A DNA stretch of 64,000 nucleotides from the NCBI GenBank assembly GCA_964057225.1, contig OZ059896.1, positions 19,716,001 to 19,780,000 on the forward strand, given 5' to 3'. Made by a program: the position numbers and the translations under genes. The notes beneath the pieces were generated by a model. That model was not told the DNA's origin and did not search any database. It saw only the letters and a list, made by a program, of their open reading frames with translations. How positions within the stretch are numbered: the stretch's first letter is position 1; every line of letters begins with the position of its first letter. Shown one piece after another: positions 1-12,800 of this stretch. The stretch is from Auanema rhodensis. Its lineage: Eukaryota; Animalia; Nematoda.

Positions 1-113
1 TGATAACACAGATCGACGCAGCTTAAAAATCCGCATCAAATGCACTATACTACATTGAGAAACGCTTAATACAAAAATTAGTTATGATCGTTTGAAAAAT
101 GATGCATTAGTGT

Positions 114-141
114 ATGTTGAGTTTCCATGTACACTCAACAT
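114..141. other. 9-bp perfect inverted repeat with 10-nt spacer, in every monomer (first copy shown)
   Basis: ATGTTGAGT-ttccatgtac-ACTCAACAT. Confidence 0.92.
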
Positions 142-323
142 TGCTTCCAAAAACATTTTGACAAAAATTTTTTCGAAAAATTTCTAAATAATTTAGCAGA
201 AAGTAGATGTTTTTAGATTCTTTTTTTCAAGGCAAAGACGATGGACAATGTTATTCAACGAAAAAATTAATTCTTCAGGGTGAAAATCGAGGATATATGT
301 GTGAACTTATATCAGTTGATATC

Positions 324-390
324 TCGGTGCATTTTTAAGCTAGCGCAAATCTGATAACACAGATCGACGCAGCTTAAAAATCCGCATCGA
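324..390. other. Long imperfect inverted repeat spanning each monomer junction (first copy shown)
   Basis: TCGGTGC/GCATCGA (one G-T), ATTTTTAAGCT(331-341)/AGCTTAAAAAT(371-381), GCG/CGC and ATCTG(349-353)/CAGAT(360-364), closing a 6-nt loop ATAACA. Confidence 0.9.
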
Positions 391-642
391 ATGCATCATA
401 CTACATTGAGAAACGCTTAATACAAAAATTAGTTATGATCGTTTGAAAAATGATGCATTAGTGTATGTTGAGTTTCCATGTACACTCAACATTGCTTCCA
501 AAAACATTTTGACAAAAATTTTTTCGAAAAATTTCTAAATAATTTAGCAGAAAGTAGATGTTTTTAGATTCTTTTTTTCAAGGCAAAGACGATGGACAAT
601 GTTATTCAACGAAAAAATTAATTCTTCAGGGTGAAAATCGAG

Positions 643-664
643 GATATAAGTGTGAACTTATATC
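643..664. other. 9-bp perfect inverted repeat with GTGA loop (monomer positions 292-313, second copy shown)
   Basis: GATATAAGT-gtga-ACTTATATC. It overlaps a second dyad, ATATCA-gt-TGATAT (monomer 309-322). Confidence 0.92.
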
Positions 665-856
665 AGTTGATATCTCGGTGCATTTTTAAGCTAGCGCAAA
701 TCTGATAACACAGATCGACGCAGCTTAAAAATCCGCATCGAATGCATCATACTACATTGAGAAACGCTTAATACAAAAATTAGTTATGATCGTTTGAAAA
801 ATGATGCATTAGTGTATGTTGAGTTTCCATGTACACTCAACATTGCTTCCAAAAAC

Positions 857-891
857 ATTTTGACAAAAATTTTTTCGAAAAATTTCAAAAT
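857..891. other. A/T-tract palindrome centred on TTCGAA (monomer positions 155-189, third copy shown)
   Basis: The 12-bp perfect palindrome TTTTTCGAAAAA is flanked by ATTTTGA...TCAAAAT arms. Confidence 0.8.
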
Positions 892-3800
892 AATTTAGCA
901 AAAAGTAGATGTTTTTAGATTCCTTTTTTCAAGGCAAAGACGATGGACATTGTTATTCAACGAAAAAATTAATTCTTTAGGGTGAAAATCGAGGATATAA
1001 GTGTGAACTTATATCAGTTGATATCTCGGTGCATTTTTAAGCTAGCGCAAATCTGATAACACAGATTGACGCAGCTTAAAATCCGCATCGAATGCACTAT
1101 ACTACATTGAGAAACGCTTAATACAAAAATTAGTTATGATCGTTTGAAAAATGATGCATTAGTGTATGTTGAGTTTCCATGTACACTCAACATTGCTTCC
1201 AAAAACATTTTGACAAAAATTTTTTCGAAAAATTTCAAAATAATTTAGCAAAAAGTAGATGTTTTTAGATTCCTTTTTTCAAGGCAAAGACGATGGACAA
1301 TGTTATTCAACGAAAAAATTAATTCTTCAGGGTGAAAATCGAGGATATAAGTGTGAACTTATATCAGTTGATATCTCGGTGCATTTTTAAGCTAGCGCAA
1401 ATCTCATAACACAGATCGACGCAGCTTAAAATTCCGCATCGAATGCACTATACTACATCGAGAAACGCTTAATACAAAAATTAGTTATGATCGTTTGAAA
1501 AATGATGCATTAGTGTATGTTGAGTTTCCATGTACACTCAACATTGCTTCCAAAAACATTTTGACAAAAATTTTTTCGAAAAATTTCAAAATAATTCAGC
1601 AAAAAGTAGATGTTTTTAGATTCCTTTTTTCAAGGCAAAGACGATGGACAATGTTATTCAACGAAAAAATTAATTCTTCAGGGTGAAAATCGAGGATATA
1701 AGTGTGAACTTATATCAGTTGATATATCGGTGCATTTTTAAGCTAGCGCAAATCTGATAACACAGATCGATGCAGCTTAAAAATCCGCATCGAATGCACT
1801 ATACTACATTGAGAAACGCTTAATACAAAAATTAGTTATGATCGTTTGAAAAATGATGCATTAGTGTATGTTGAGTTTCCATGTACACTCAACATTGCTT
1901 CCAAAAACATTTTGACAAAAATTTTTTCGAAAAATTTCAAAATAATTTAGCAAAAAGTAGATGTTTTTAGATTCCTTTTTTCAAGGCAAAGACGATGGAC
2001 AATGTTATTCAACGAAAAAATTAATTCTTCAGGGTGAAAATCGAGGATATAAGTGTGAACTTATATCAGTTGATATCTCGGTGCATTTTTAAGCTAGCGA
2101 AAATCTCATAACACAGATCGACGCAGCTTAAAAATCCGCATCGAATGCACTATACTACATTGAGAAACGCTTAATACAAGAATTAGTTATGATCGTTTGA
2201 AAAATGATGCATTAGTGTATGTTGAGTTTCCATGTACACTCAACATTGCTTCCAAAAACATTTTGACAAAAATTTTTTCGAAAAATTTCAAAATAATTTA
2301 GCAAAAAGTAGATGTTTTTAGATTCCTTTTTTCAAGGCAAAGACGATGGACAATGTTATTCAACGAAAAAATTAATTCTTCAGGGTGAAAATCGAGGATA
2401 TAAGTGTGAACTTATATCAGTTGATGTCTCGGTGCACTTTTAAGCTAGCGCAAATCTGATAACACAGATCGACGCAGCTTAAAAATCCGCATCAAATGCA
2501 CTATACTACATTGAGAAACGCTTAATACAAAAATTAGTTATGATCGTTTGAAAAATGATGCATTAGTGTATGTTGAGTTACCATGTACACTCAACATTGC
2601 TTCCAAAAACATTTTGACAAAAATTTTTTCGAAAAATTTCTAAATAATTTAGCAGAAAGTAGATGTTTTTAGATTCTTTTTTTCAAGGCAAAGACGATGG
2701 ACAATGTTATTCAACGAAAAAATTAATTCTTCAGGGTGAAAATCGAGGATATAAGTGTGAACTTATATCAGTTGATATCTCGGTGCATTTTTAAGCTAGC
2801 GCAAATCTGATAACACAGATCGACGCAGCTTAAAAATCCGCATCGAATGCACCATACTACATTGAGAAACGCTTAATACAAAAATTAGTTATGATCGTTT
2901 GAAAAATGATGCATTAGTGTATGTTGAGTTTCCATGTACACTCAACATTGCTTCCAAAAACATTTTGACAAAAATTTTTTCGAAAAATTTCAAAATAATT
3001 TAGCAAAAAGTAGATGTTTTTAGATTCCTTTTTTCAAGGCAAAGACGATGGACATTGTTATTCAACGAAAAAATTAATTCTTCAGGGTGAAAATCGAGGA
3101 TATAAGTGTGAACTTATATCAGTTGATATCTCGGTGCATTTTTAAGCTAGCGCAAATCTGATAACACAGATTGACGCAGCTTAAAATCCGCATCGAATGC
3201 ACTATACTACATTGAGAAACGCTCAATACAAAAATTAGTTATGATCGTTTGAAAAATGATGCATTAGTGTATGTTGAGTTTCCATGTACACTCAACATTG
3301 CTTCCAAAAACATTTTGACAAAAATTTTTTCGAAAAATTTCAAAATAATTTAGCAAAAAGTAGATGTTTTTAGATTCCTTTTTTCAAGGCAAAGACGATG
3401 GACAATGTTATTCAACGAAAAAATTAATTCTTCAGGGTGAAAATCGAGGATATAAGTGTGAACTTATATCAGTTGATATCTCGGTGCATTTTTAAGCTAG
3501 CGCAAATCTGATAACACAGATTGACGCAGCTTAAAAATCCGCATCGAATGCACTATACTACATTGAGAAACGCTTAATACAAAAATTAGTTATGATCGTT
3601 TGAAAAATGATGCATTAGTGTATGTTGAGTTTCCATGTACACTCAACATTGCTTCCAAAAACATTTTGACAAAAATTTTTTCGAAAAATTTCAAAATAAT
3701 TTAGCAAAAAGTAGATGTTTTTAGATTCCTTTTTTCAAGGCAAAGACGATGGACAATGTTATTCAACGAAAAAATTAATTCTTCAGGGTGAAAATCGAGG

Positions 3801-6800
3801 ATATAAGTGTGAACTTATATCAGTTGATATCTCGGTGCATTTTTAAGCTAGCGCAAATCTCATAACACAGATCGACACAGCTTAAAATTCCGCATCGAAT
3901 GCACTATACTACATCGAGAAACGCTTAATACAAAAATTAGTTATGATCGTTTGAAAAATGATGCATTAGTGTATGTTGAGTTTCCATGTACACTCAACAT
4001 TGCTTCCAAAAACATTTTGACAAAAATTTTTTCGAAAAATTTCAAAATAATTCAGCAAAAAGTAGATGTTTTTAGATTCCTTTTTTCAAGGCAAAGACGA
4101 TGGACAATGTTATTCAACGAAAAAATTAATTCTTCAGGGTTAAAATCGAGGATATAAGTGTGAACTTATATCAGTTGATATATCGGTGCATTTTTAAGCT
4201 AGCGCAAATCTGATAACACAGATCGATGCAGCTTAAAAATCCGCATCGAATGCACTATACTACATTGAGAAACGCTTAATACAAAAATTAGTTATGATCG
4301 TTTGAAAAATGATGCATTAGTGTATGTTGAGTTTCCATGTACACTCAACATTGCTTCCAAAAACATTTTGACAAAAATTTTTTCGAAAAATTTCAAAATA
4401 ATTTAGCAAAAAGTAGATGTTTTTAGATTCCTTTTTTCAAGGCAAAGACGATGGACAATGTTATTCAACGAAAAAATTAATTCTTCAGGGTGAAAATCGA
4501 GGATATAAGTGTGAACTTATATCAGTTGATATCTCGGTGCATTTTTAAGCTAGCGAAAATCTCATAACACAGATCGACGCAGCTTAAAAATCCGCATCGA
4601 ATGCACTATACTACATTGAGAAACGCTTAATACAAGAATTAGTTATGATCGTTTGAAAAATGATGCATTAGTGTATGTTGAGTTTCCATGTACACTCAAC
4701 ATTGCTTCCAAAAACATTTTGACAAAAATTTTTTCGAAAAATTTCAAAATAATTTAGCAAAAAGTAGATGTTTTTAGATTCCTTTTTTCAAGGCAAAGAC
4801 GATGGACAATGTTATTCAACGAAAAAATTAATTCTTCAGGGTGAAAATCGAGGATATAAGTGTGAACTTATATCAGTTGATGTCTCGGTGCACTTTTAAG
4901 CTAGCGCAAATCTGATAACACAGATCGACGCAGCTTAAAAATCCGCATCAAATGCACTATACTACATTGAGAAACGCTTAATACAAAAATTAGTTATGAT
5001 CGTTTGAAAAATGATGCATTAGTGTATGTTGAGTTACCATGTACACTCAACATTGCTTCCAAAAACATTTTGACAAAAATTTTTTCGAAAAATTTCTAAA
5101 TAATTTAGCAGAAAGTAGATGTTTTTAGATTCTTTTTTTCAAGGCAAAGACGATGGACAATGTTATTCAACGAAAAAATTAATTCTTCAGGGTGAAAATC
5201 GAGGATATAAGTGTGAACTTATATCAGTTGATATCTCGGTGCATTTTTAAGCTAGCGCAAATCTGATAACACAGATCGACGCAGCTTAAAAATCCGCATC
5301 GAATGCACCATACTACATTGAGAAACGCTTAATACAAAAATTAGTTATGATCGTTTGAAAAATGATGCATTAGTGTATGTTGAGTTTCCATGTACACTCA
5401 ACATTGCTTCCAAAAACATTTTGACAAAAATTTTTTCGAAAAATTTCAAAATAATTTAGCAAAAAGTAGATGTTTTTAGATTCCTTTTTTCAAGGCAAAG
5501 ACGATGGACATTGTTATTCAACGAAAAAATTAATTCTTCAGGGTGAAAATCGAGGATATAAGTGTGAACTTATATCAGTTGATATCTCGGTGCATTTTTA
5601 AGCTAGCGCAAATCTCATAACACAGATCGACGCAGCTTAAAATTCCGCATCGAATGCACTATACTACATCGAGAAACGCTTAATACAAAAATTAGTTATG
5701 ATCGTTTGAAAAATGATGCATTAGTGTATGTTGAGTTTCCATGTACACTCAACATTGCTTCCAAAAACATTTTGACAAAAATTTTTTCGAAAAATTTCAA
5801 AATAATTTAGCAAAAAGTAGATGTTTTTAGATTCCTTTTTTCAAGGCAAAGACGATGGACATTGTTATTCAACGAAAAAATTAATTCTTCAGGGTGAAAA
5901 TCGAGGATATAAGTGTGAACTTATATCAGTTGATATCTCGGTGCATTTTTAAGCTAGCGCAAATCTGATAACACAGATTGACGCAGCTTAAAATCCGCAT
6001 CGAATGCACTATACTACATTGAGAAACGCTTAATACAAAAATTAGTTATGATCGTTTGAAAAATGATGCATTAGTGTATGTTGAGTTTCCATGTACACTC
6101 AACATTGCTTCCAAAAACATTTTGACAAAAATTTTTTCGAAAAATTTCAAAATAATTTAGCAAAAAGTAGATGTTTTTAGATTCCTTTTTTCAAGGCAAA
6201 GACGATGGACAATGTTATTCAACGAAAAAATTAATTCTTCAGGGTGAAAATCGAGGATATAAGTGTGAACTTATATCAGTTGATATCTCGGTGCATTTTT
6301 AAGCTAGCGCAAATCTGATAACACAGATTGACGCAGCTTAAAAATCCGCATCGAATGCACTATACTACATTGAGAAACGCTTAATACAAAAATTAGTTAT
6401 GATCGTTTGAAAAATGATGCATTAGTGTATGTTGAGTTTCCATGTACACTCAACATTGCTTCCAAAAACATTTTGACAAAAATTTTTTCGAAAAATTTCA
6501 AAATAATTTAGCAAAAATTAGATGTTTTTAGATTCCTTTTTTCAAGGCAAAGACGATGGACAATGTTATTCAACGAAAAAATTAATTCTTCAGGGTGAAA
6601 ATCGAGGATATAAGTGTGAACTTATATCAGTTGATATCTCGGTGCATTTTTAAGCTAGCGAAAATCTCATAACACAGATCGACGCAGCTTAAAAATCCGC
6701 ATCGAATGCACTATACTACATTGAGAAACGCTTAATACAAAAATTAGTTATGATCGTTTGAAAAATGATGCATTAGTGTATGTTGAGTTTCCATGTACAC

Positions 6801-9800
6801 TCAACATTGCTTCCAAAAACATTTTGACAAAAATTTTTTCGAAAAATTTCAAAATAATTCAGCAAAAAGTAGATGTTTTTAGATTCCTTTTTTCAAGGCA
6901 AAGACGATGGACAATGTTATTCAACGAAAAAATTAATTCTTCAGGGTGAAAATCGAGGATATAAGTGTGAACTTATATCAGTTGATATATCGGTGCATTT
7001 TTAAGCTAGCGCAAATCTGATAACACAGATCGACGCAGCTTAAAAATCCGCATCGAATGCACTATACTACATTGAGAAACGCTTAATACAAAAATTAGTT
7101 ATGATCGTTTGAAAAATGATGCATTAGTGTATGTTGAGTTTCCATGTACACTCAACATTGCTTCCAAAAACATTTTGACAAAAATTTTTTCGAAAAATTT
7201 CAAAATAATTTAGCAAAAAGTAGATGTTTTTAGATTCCTTTTTTCAAGGCAAAGACGATGGACAATGTTATTCAACGAAAAAATTAATTCTTCAGGGTGA
7301 AAATCGAGGATATAAGTGTGAACTTATATCAGTTGATATCTCGGTGCATTTTTAAGCTAGCGCAAATCTCATAACACAGATCGACGCAGCTTAAAAATCC
7401 GCATCGAATGCACTATACTACATTGAGAAACGCTTAATACAAGAATTAGTTATGATCGTTTGAAAAATGATGCATTAGTGTATGTTGAGTTTCCATGTAC
7501 ACTCAACATTGCTTCCAAAAACATTTTGACAAAAATTTTTTCGAAAAATTTCAAAATAATTTAGCAAAAAGTAGATGTTTTTAGATTCCTTTTTTCAAGG
7601 CAAAGACGATGGACAATGTTATTCAACGAAAAAATTAATTCTTCAGGGTGAAAATCGAGGATATAAGTGTGAACTTATATCAGTTGATGTCTCGGTGCAC
7701 TTTTAAGCTAGCGCAAATCTGATAACACAGATCGACGCAGCTTAAAAATCCGCATCAAATGCACTATACTACATTGAGAAACGCTTAATACAAAAATTAG
7801 TTATGATCGTTTGAAAAATGATGCATTAGTGTATGTTGAGTTTCCATGTACACTCAACATTGCTTCCAAAAACATTTTGACAAAAATTTTTTCGAAAAAT
7901 TTCAAAATAATTTAGCAAAAAGTAGATGTTTTTAGATTCCTTTTTTCAAGGCAAAGACGATGGACATTGTTATTCAACGAAAAAATTAATTCTTCAGGGT
8001 GAAAATCGAGGATATAAGTGTGAACTTATATCAGTTGATATCTCGGTGCATTTTTAAGCTAGCGCAAATCTGATAACACAGATCGACGCAGCTTAAAAAT
8101 CCGCATCGAATGCACTATACTACATTGAGAAACGCTTAATACAAAAATTAGTTATGATCGTTTGAAAAATGATGCATTAGTGTATGTTGAGTTTCCATGT
8201 ACACTCAACATTGCTTCCAAAAACATTTTCACAAAAATTTTTTCGAAAAATTTCAAAATAATTTAGCAAAAAGTAGATGTTTTTAGATTCCATTTTTCAA
8301 GGCAAAGACGATGGACAATGTTATTCAACGAAAAAATTAATTCTTCAGGGTGAAAATCGAGGATATAAGTGTGAACTTGTATAAGTTGATATCTCGGTGC
8401 ATTTTTAAGCTAGCGCAAATCTGATAACACAGATCGACGCAGCTTAAAAATCCGCATCGAATGCACTATACTACATTGAGAAACGCTTAATACAAAAATT
8501 AGTTATGATCGTTTGAAAAATGATGCATTAGTGTATGTTGAGTTTCCATGTACACTCAACATTGCTTCCAAAAACATTTTGACAAAAATTTTTTCGAAAA
8601 ATTTCAAAATAATTTAGCAAAAAGTAGATGTTTTTAGATTCCTTTTTTCAAGGTTAAGACGATGGACAATGTTATTCAACGAAAAAATTAATTCTTCAGG
8701 GTGAAAATCGAGAATATAAGTGTGAACTTATATCAGTTGATATCTCGGTGCATTTTTAAGCTAGCGCAAATCTGATAACACAGATCGACGCAGCTTAAAA
8801 ATCCGCATCGAATGCACTATACTACATTGAGAAACGCTTAATACAAAAATTAGTTATGATCGTTTGAAAAATGATGCATTAGTGTATGTTGAGTTTCCAT
8901 GTACACTCAACATTGCTTCCAAAAACATTTTGACAAAAATTTTTTCGAAAAATTTCTAAATAATTTAGCAGAAAGTAGATGTTTTTAGATTCCATTTTTC
9001 AAGGCAAAGACGATGGACATTGTTATTCAACGAAAAAATTAATTCTTCAGGGTGAAAATCGAGGATATAAGTGTGAACTTATATCAGTTGATATCTCGGT
9101 GCATTTTTAAGCTAGCGCAAATCTGATAACACAGATCGACGCAGCTTAAAAATCCGCATCGAATGCACTATACTACATTGAGAAACGCTTAATACAAAAA
9201 TTAGTTATGATCGTTTGAAAAATGATGCATTAGTGTATGTTGAGTTTCCATGTACACTCAACATTGCTTCCAAAAACATTTTGACAAAAATTTTTTCGAA
9301 AAATTTCTAAATAATTTAGCAGAAAGTAGATGTTTTTAGATTCCATTTTTCAAGGCAAAGACGATGGACATTGTTATTCAACGAAAAAATTAATTCTTCA
9401 GGGTGAAAATCGAGGATATAAGTGTGAACTTATATCAGTTGATATCTCGGTGCATTTTTAAGCTAGCGCAAATCTGATAACACAGATCGACGCAGCTTAA
9501 AAATCCGCATCGAATGCACTATACTACATTGAGAAACGCTTAATACAAAAATTAGTTATGATCGTTTGAAAAATGATGCATTAGTGTATGTTGAGTTTCC
9601 ATGTACACTCAACATTGCTTCCAAAAACATTTTGACAAAAATTTTTTCGAAAAATTTCAAAATAATTTAGCAAAAAGTAGATGTTTTTAGATTCCTTTTT
9701 TCAAGGCAAAGACGATGGACAATGTTATTCAACGAAAAAATTAATTCTTCAGGGTGAAAATCGAGGATATAAGTGTGAACTTATATCAGTTGATATCTCG

Positions 9801-12800
9801 GTGCATTTTTAAGCTAGCGAAAATCTCATAACACAGATCGACGCAGCTTAAAAATCCGCATCGAATGCACTATACTACATTGAGAAACGCTTAATACAAG
9901 AATTAGTTATGATCGTTTGAAAAATGATGCATTAGTGTATGTTGAGTTTCCATGTACACTCAACATTGCTTCCAAAAACATTTTGACAAAAATTTTTTCG
10001 AAAAATTTCAAAATAATTTAGCAAAAAGTAGATGTTTTTAGATTCCTTTTTTCAAGGCAAAGACGATGGACAATGTTATTCAACGAAAAAATTAATTCTT
10101 CAGGGTGAAAATCGAGGATATAAGTGTGAACTTATATCAGTTGATGTCTCGGTGCACTTTTAAGCTAGCGCAAATCTGATAACACAGATCGACGCAGCTT
10201 AAAAATCCGCATCAAATGCACTATACTACATTGAGAAACGCTTAATACAAAAATTAGTTATGATCGTTTGAAAAATGATGCATTAGTGTATGTTGAGTTA
10301 CCATGTACACTCAACATTGCTTCCAAAAACATTTTGACAAAAATTTTTTCGAAAAATTTCTAAATAATTTAGCAGAAAGTAGATGTTTTTAGATTCTTTT
10401 TTTCAAGGCAAAGACGATGGACAATGTTATTCAACGAAAAAATTAATTCTTCAGGGTGAAAATCGAGGATATAAGTGTGAACTTATATCAGTTGATATCT
10501 CGGTGCATTTTTAAGCTAGCGCAAATCTGATAACACAGATCGACGCAGCTTAAAAATCCGCATCGAATGCACCATACTACATTGAGAAACGCTTAATACA
10601 AAAATTAGTTATGATCGTTTGAAAAATGATGCATTAGTGTATGTTGAGTTTCCATGTACACTCAACATTGCTTTCAAAAACATTTTGACAAAAATTTTTT
10701 CGAAAAATTTCAAAATAATTTAGCAAAAAGTAGATGTTTTTAGATTCCTTTTTTCAAGGCAAAGACGATGGACATTGTTATTCAACGAAAAAATTAATTC
10801 TTCAGGGTGAAAATCGAGGATATAAGTGTGAACTTATATCAGTTGATATCTCGGTGCATTTTTAAGCTAGCGCAAATCTGATAACACAGATTGACGCAGC
10901 TTAAAATCCGCATCGAATGCACTATACTACATTGAGAAACGCTTAATACAAAAATTAGTTATGATCGTTTGAAAAATGATGCATTAGTGTATGTTGAGTT
11001 TCCATGTACACTCAACATTGCTTCCAAAAACATTTTGACAAAAATTTTTTCGAAAAATTTCAAAATAATTTAGCAAAAAGTAGATGTTTTTAGATTCCTT
11101 TTTTCAAGGCAAAGACGATGGACAATGTTCTTCAACGAAAAAATTAATTCTTCAGGGTGAAAATCGAGGATATAAGTGTGAACTTATATCAGTTGATATC
11201 TCGGTGCATTTTTAAGCTAGCGCAAATCTGATAACACAGATTGACGCAGCTTAAAAATCCGCATCGAATGCACTATACTACATTGAGAAACGCTTAATAC
11301 AAAAATTAGTTATGATCGTTTGAAAAATGATGCATTAGTGTATGTTGAGTTTCCATGTACACTCAACATTGCTTCCAAAAACATTTTGACAAAAATTTTT
11401 TCGAAAAATTTCAAAATAATTCAGCAAAAAGTAGATGTTTTTAGATTCCTTTTTTCAAGGCAAAGACGATGGACAATGTTATTCAACGAAAAAATCAATT
11501 CTTCAGGGTGAAAATCGAGGATATAAGTGTGAACTTATATCAGTTGATATCTCGGTGCATTTTTAAGCTAGCGCAAATCTCATAACACAGATCGACGCAG
11601 CTTAAAATTCCGCATCGAATGCACTATACTACATCGAGAAACGCTTAATACAAAAATTAGTTATGATCGTTTGAAAAATGATGCATTAGTGTATGTTGAG
11701 TTTCCATGTACACTCAACATTGCTTCCAAAAACATTTTGACAAAAATTTTTTCGAAAAATTTCAAAATAATTCAGCAAAAAGTAGATGTTTTTAGATTCC
11801 TTTTTTCAAGGCAAAGACGATGGACAATGTTATTCAACGAAAAAATTAATTCTTCAGGGTGAAAATCGAGGATATAAGTGTGAACTTATATCAGTTGATA
11901 TATCGGTGCATTTTTAAGCTAGCGCAAATCTGATAACACAGATCGATGCAGCTTAAAAATCCGCATCGAATGCACTATACTACATTGAGAAACGCTTAAT
12001 ACAAAAATTAGTTATGATCGTTTGAAAAATGATGCATTAGTGTATGTTGAGTTTCCATGTACACTCAACATTGCTTCCAAAAACATTTTGACAAAAATTT
12101 TTTCGAAAAATTTCAAAATAATTTAGCAAAAAGTAGATGTTTTTAGATTCCTTTTTTCAAGGCAAAGACGATGGACAATGTTATTCAACGAAAAAATTAA
12201 TTCTTCAGGGTGAAAATCGAGGATATAAGTGTGAACTTATATCAGTTGATATCTCGGTGCATTTTTAAGCTAGCGCAAATCTGATAACACAGATTGACGC
12301 AGCTTAAAATCCGCATCGAATGCACTATACTACATTGAGAAACGCTTAATACAAAAATTAGTTATGATCGTTTGAAAAATGATGCATTAGTGTATGTTGA
12401 GTTTCCATGTACACTCAACATTGCTTCCAAAAACATTTTGACAAAAATTTTTTCGAAAAATTTCAAAATAATTTAGCAAAAAGTAGATGTTTTTAGATTC
12501 CTTTTTTCAAGGCAAAGACGATGGACAATGTTCTTCAACGAAAAAATTAATTCTTCAGGGTGAAAATCGAGGATATAAGTGTGAACTTATATCAGTTGAT
12601 ATCTCGGTGCATTTTTAAGCTAGCGCAAATCTGATAACACAGATTGACGCAGCTTAAAAATCCGCATCGAATGCACTATACTACATTGAGAAACGCTTAA
12701 TACAAAAATTAGTTATGATCGTTTGAAAAATGATGCATTAGTGTATGTTGAGTTTCCATGTACACTCAACATTGCTTCCAAAAACATTTTGACAAAAATT

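Noticed and set aside
149-227. Helically phased A-tracts (intrinsic curvature)
   Set aside because: Tracts are dense but spaced mostly about 12-14 bp with mixed orientation, not a clear 10-11-bp phase. I cannot support this without curvature modelling.
247-263. CENP-B box-like motif on the minus strand (TTTCGTTGAATAACATT)
   Set aside because: It matches TTCG....A but lacks the essential CGGG half.
1-351. Assignment to a known 350-360-bp satellite (Drosophila 1.688 family, Tribolium satellites) or a 5S/tRNA/snRNA tandem unit
   Set aside because: Only size and AT content are similar. I recognise no sequence match, Pol III A/B/C boxes or cloverleaf. A database search is needed.
220-420. Satellite-encoded hammerhead ribozyme (known in newt, schistosome and cave-cricket satellites)
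   Set aside because: The minus strand has CTGAAGA (272-278) and a downstream GAAA, and the plus strand has CTGATAA...GAAAC. I could not build stem II or a stem III with a UH cleavage site in either, and the plus-strand core lacks the conserved G8. An Infernal/RNAMotif search on a dimer would settle it.
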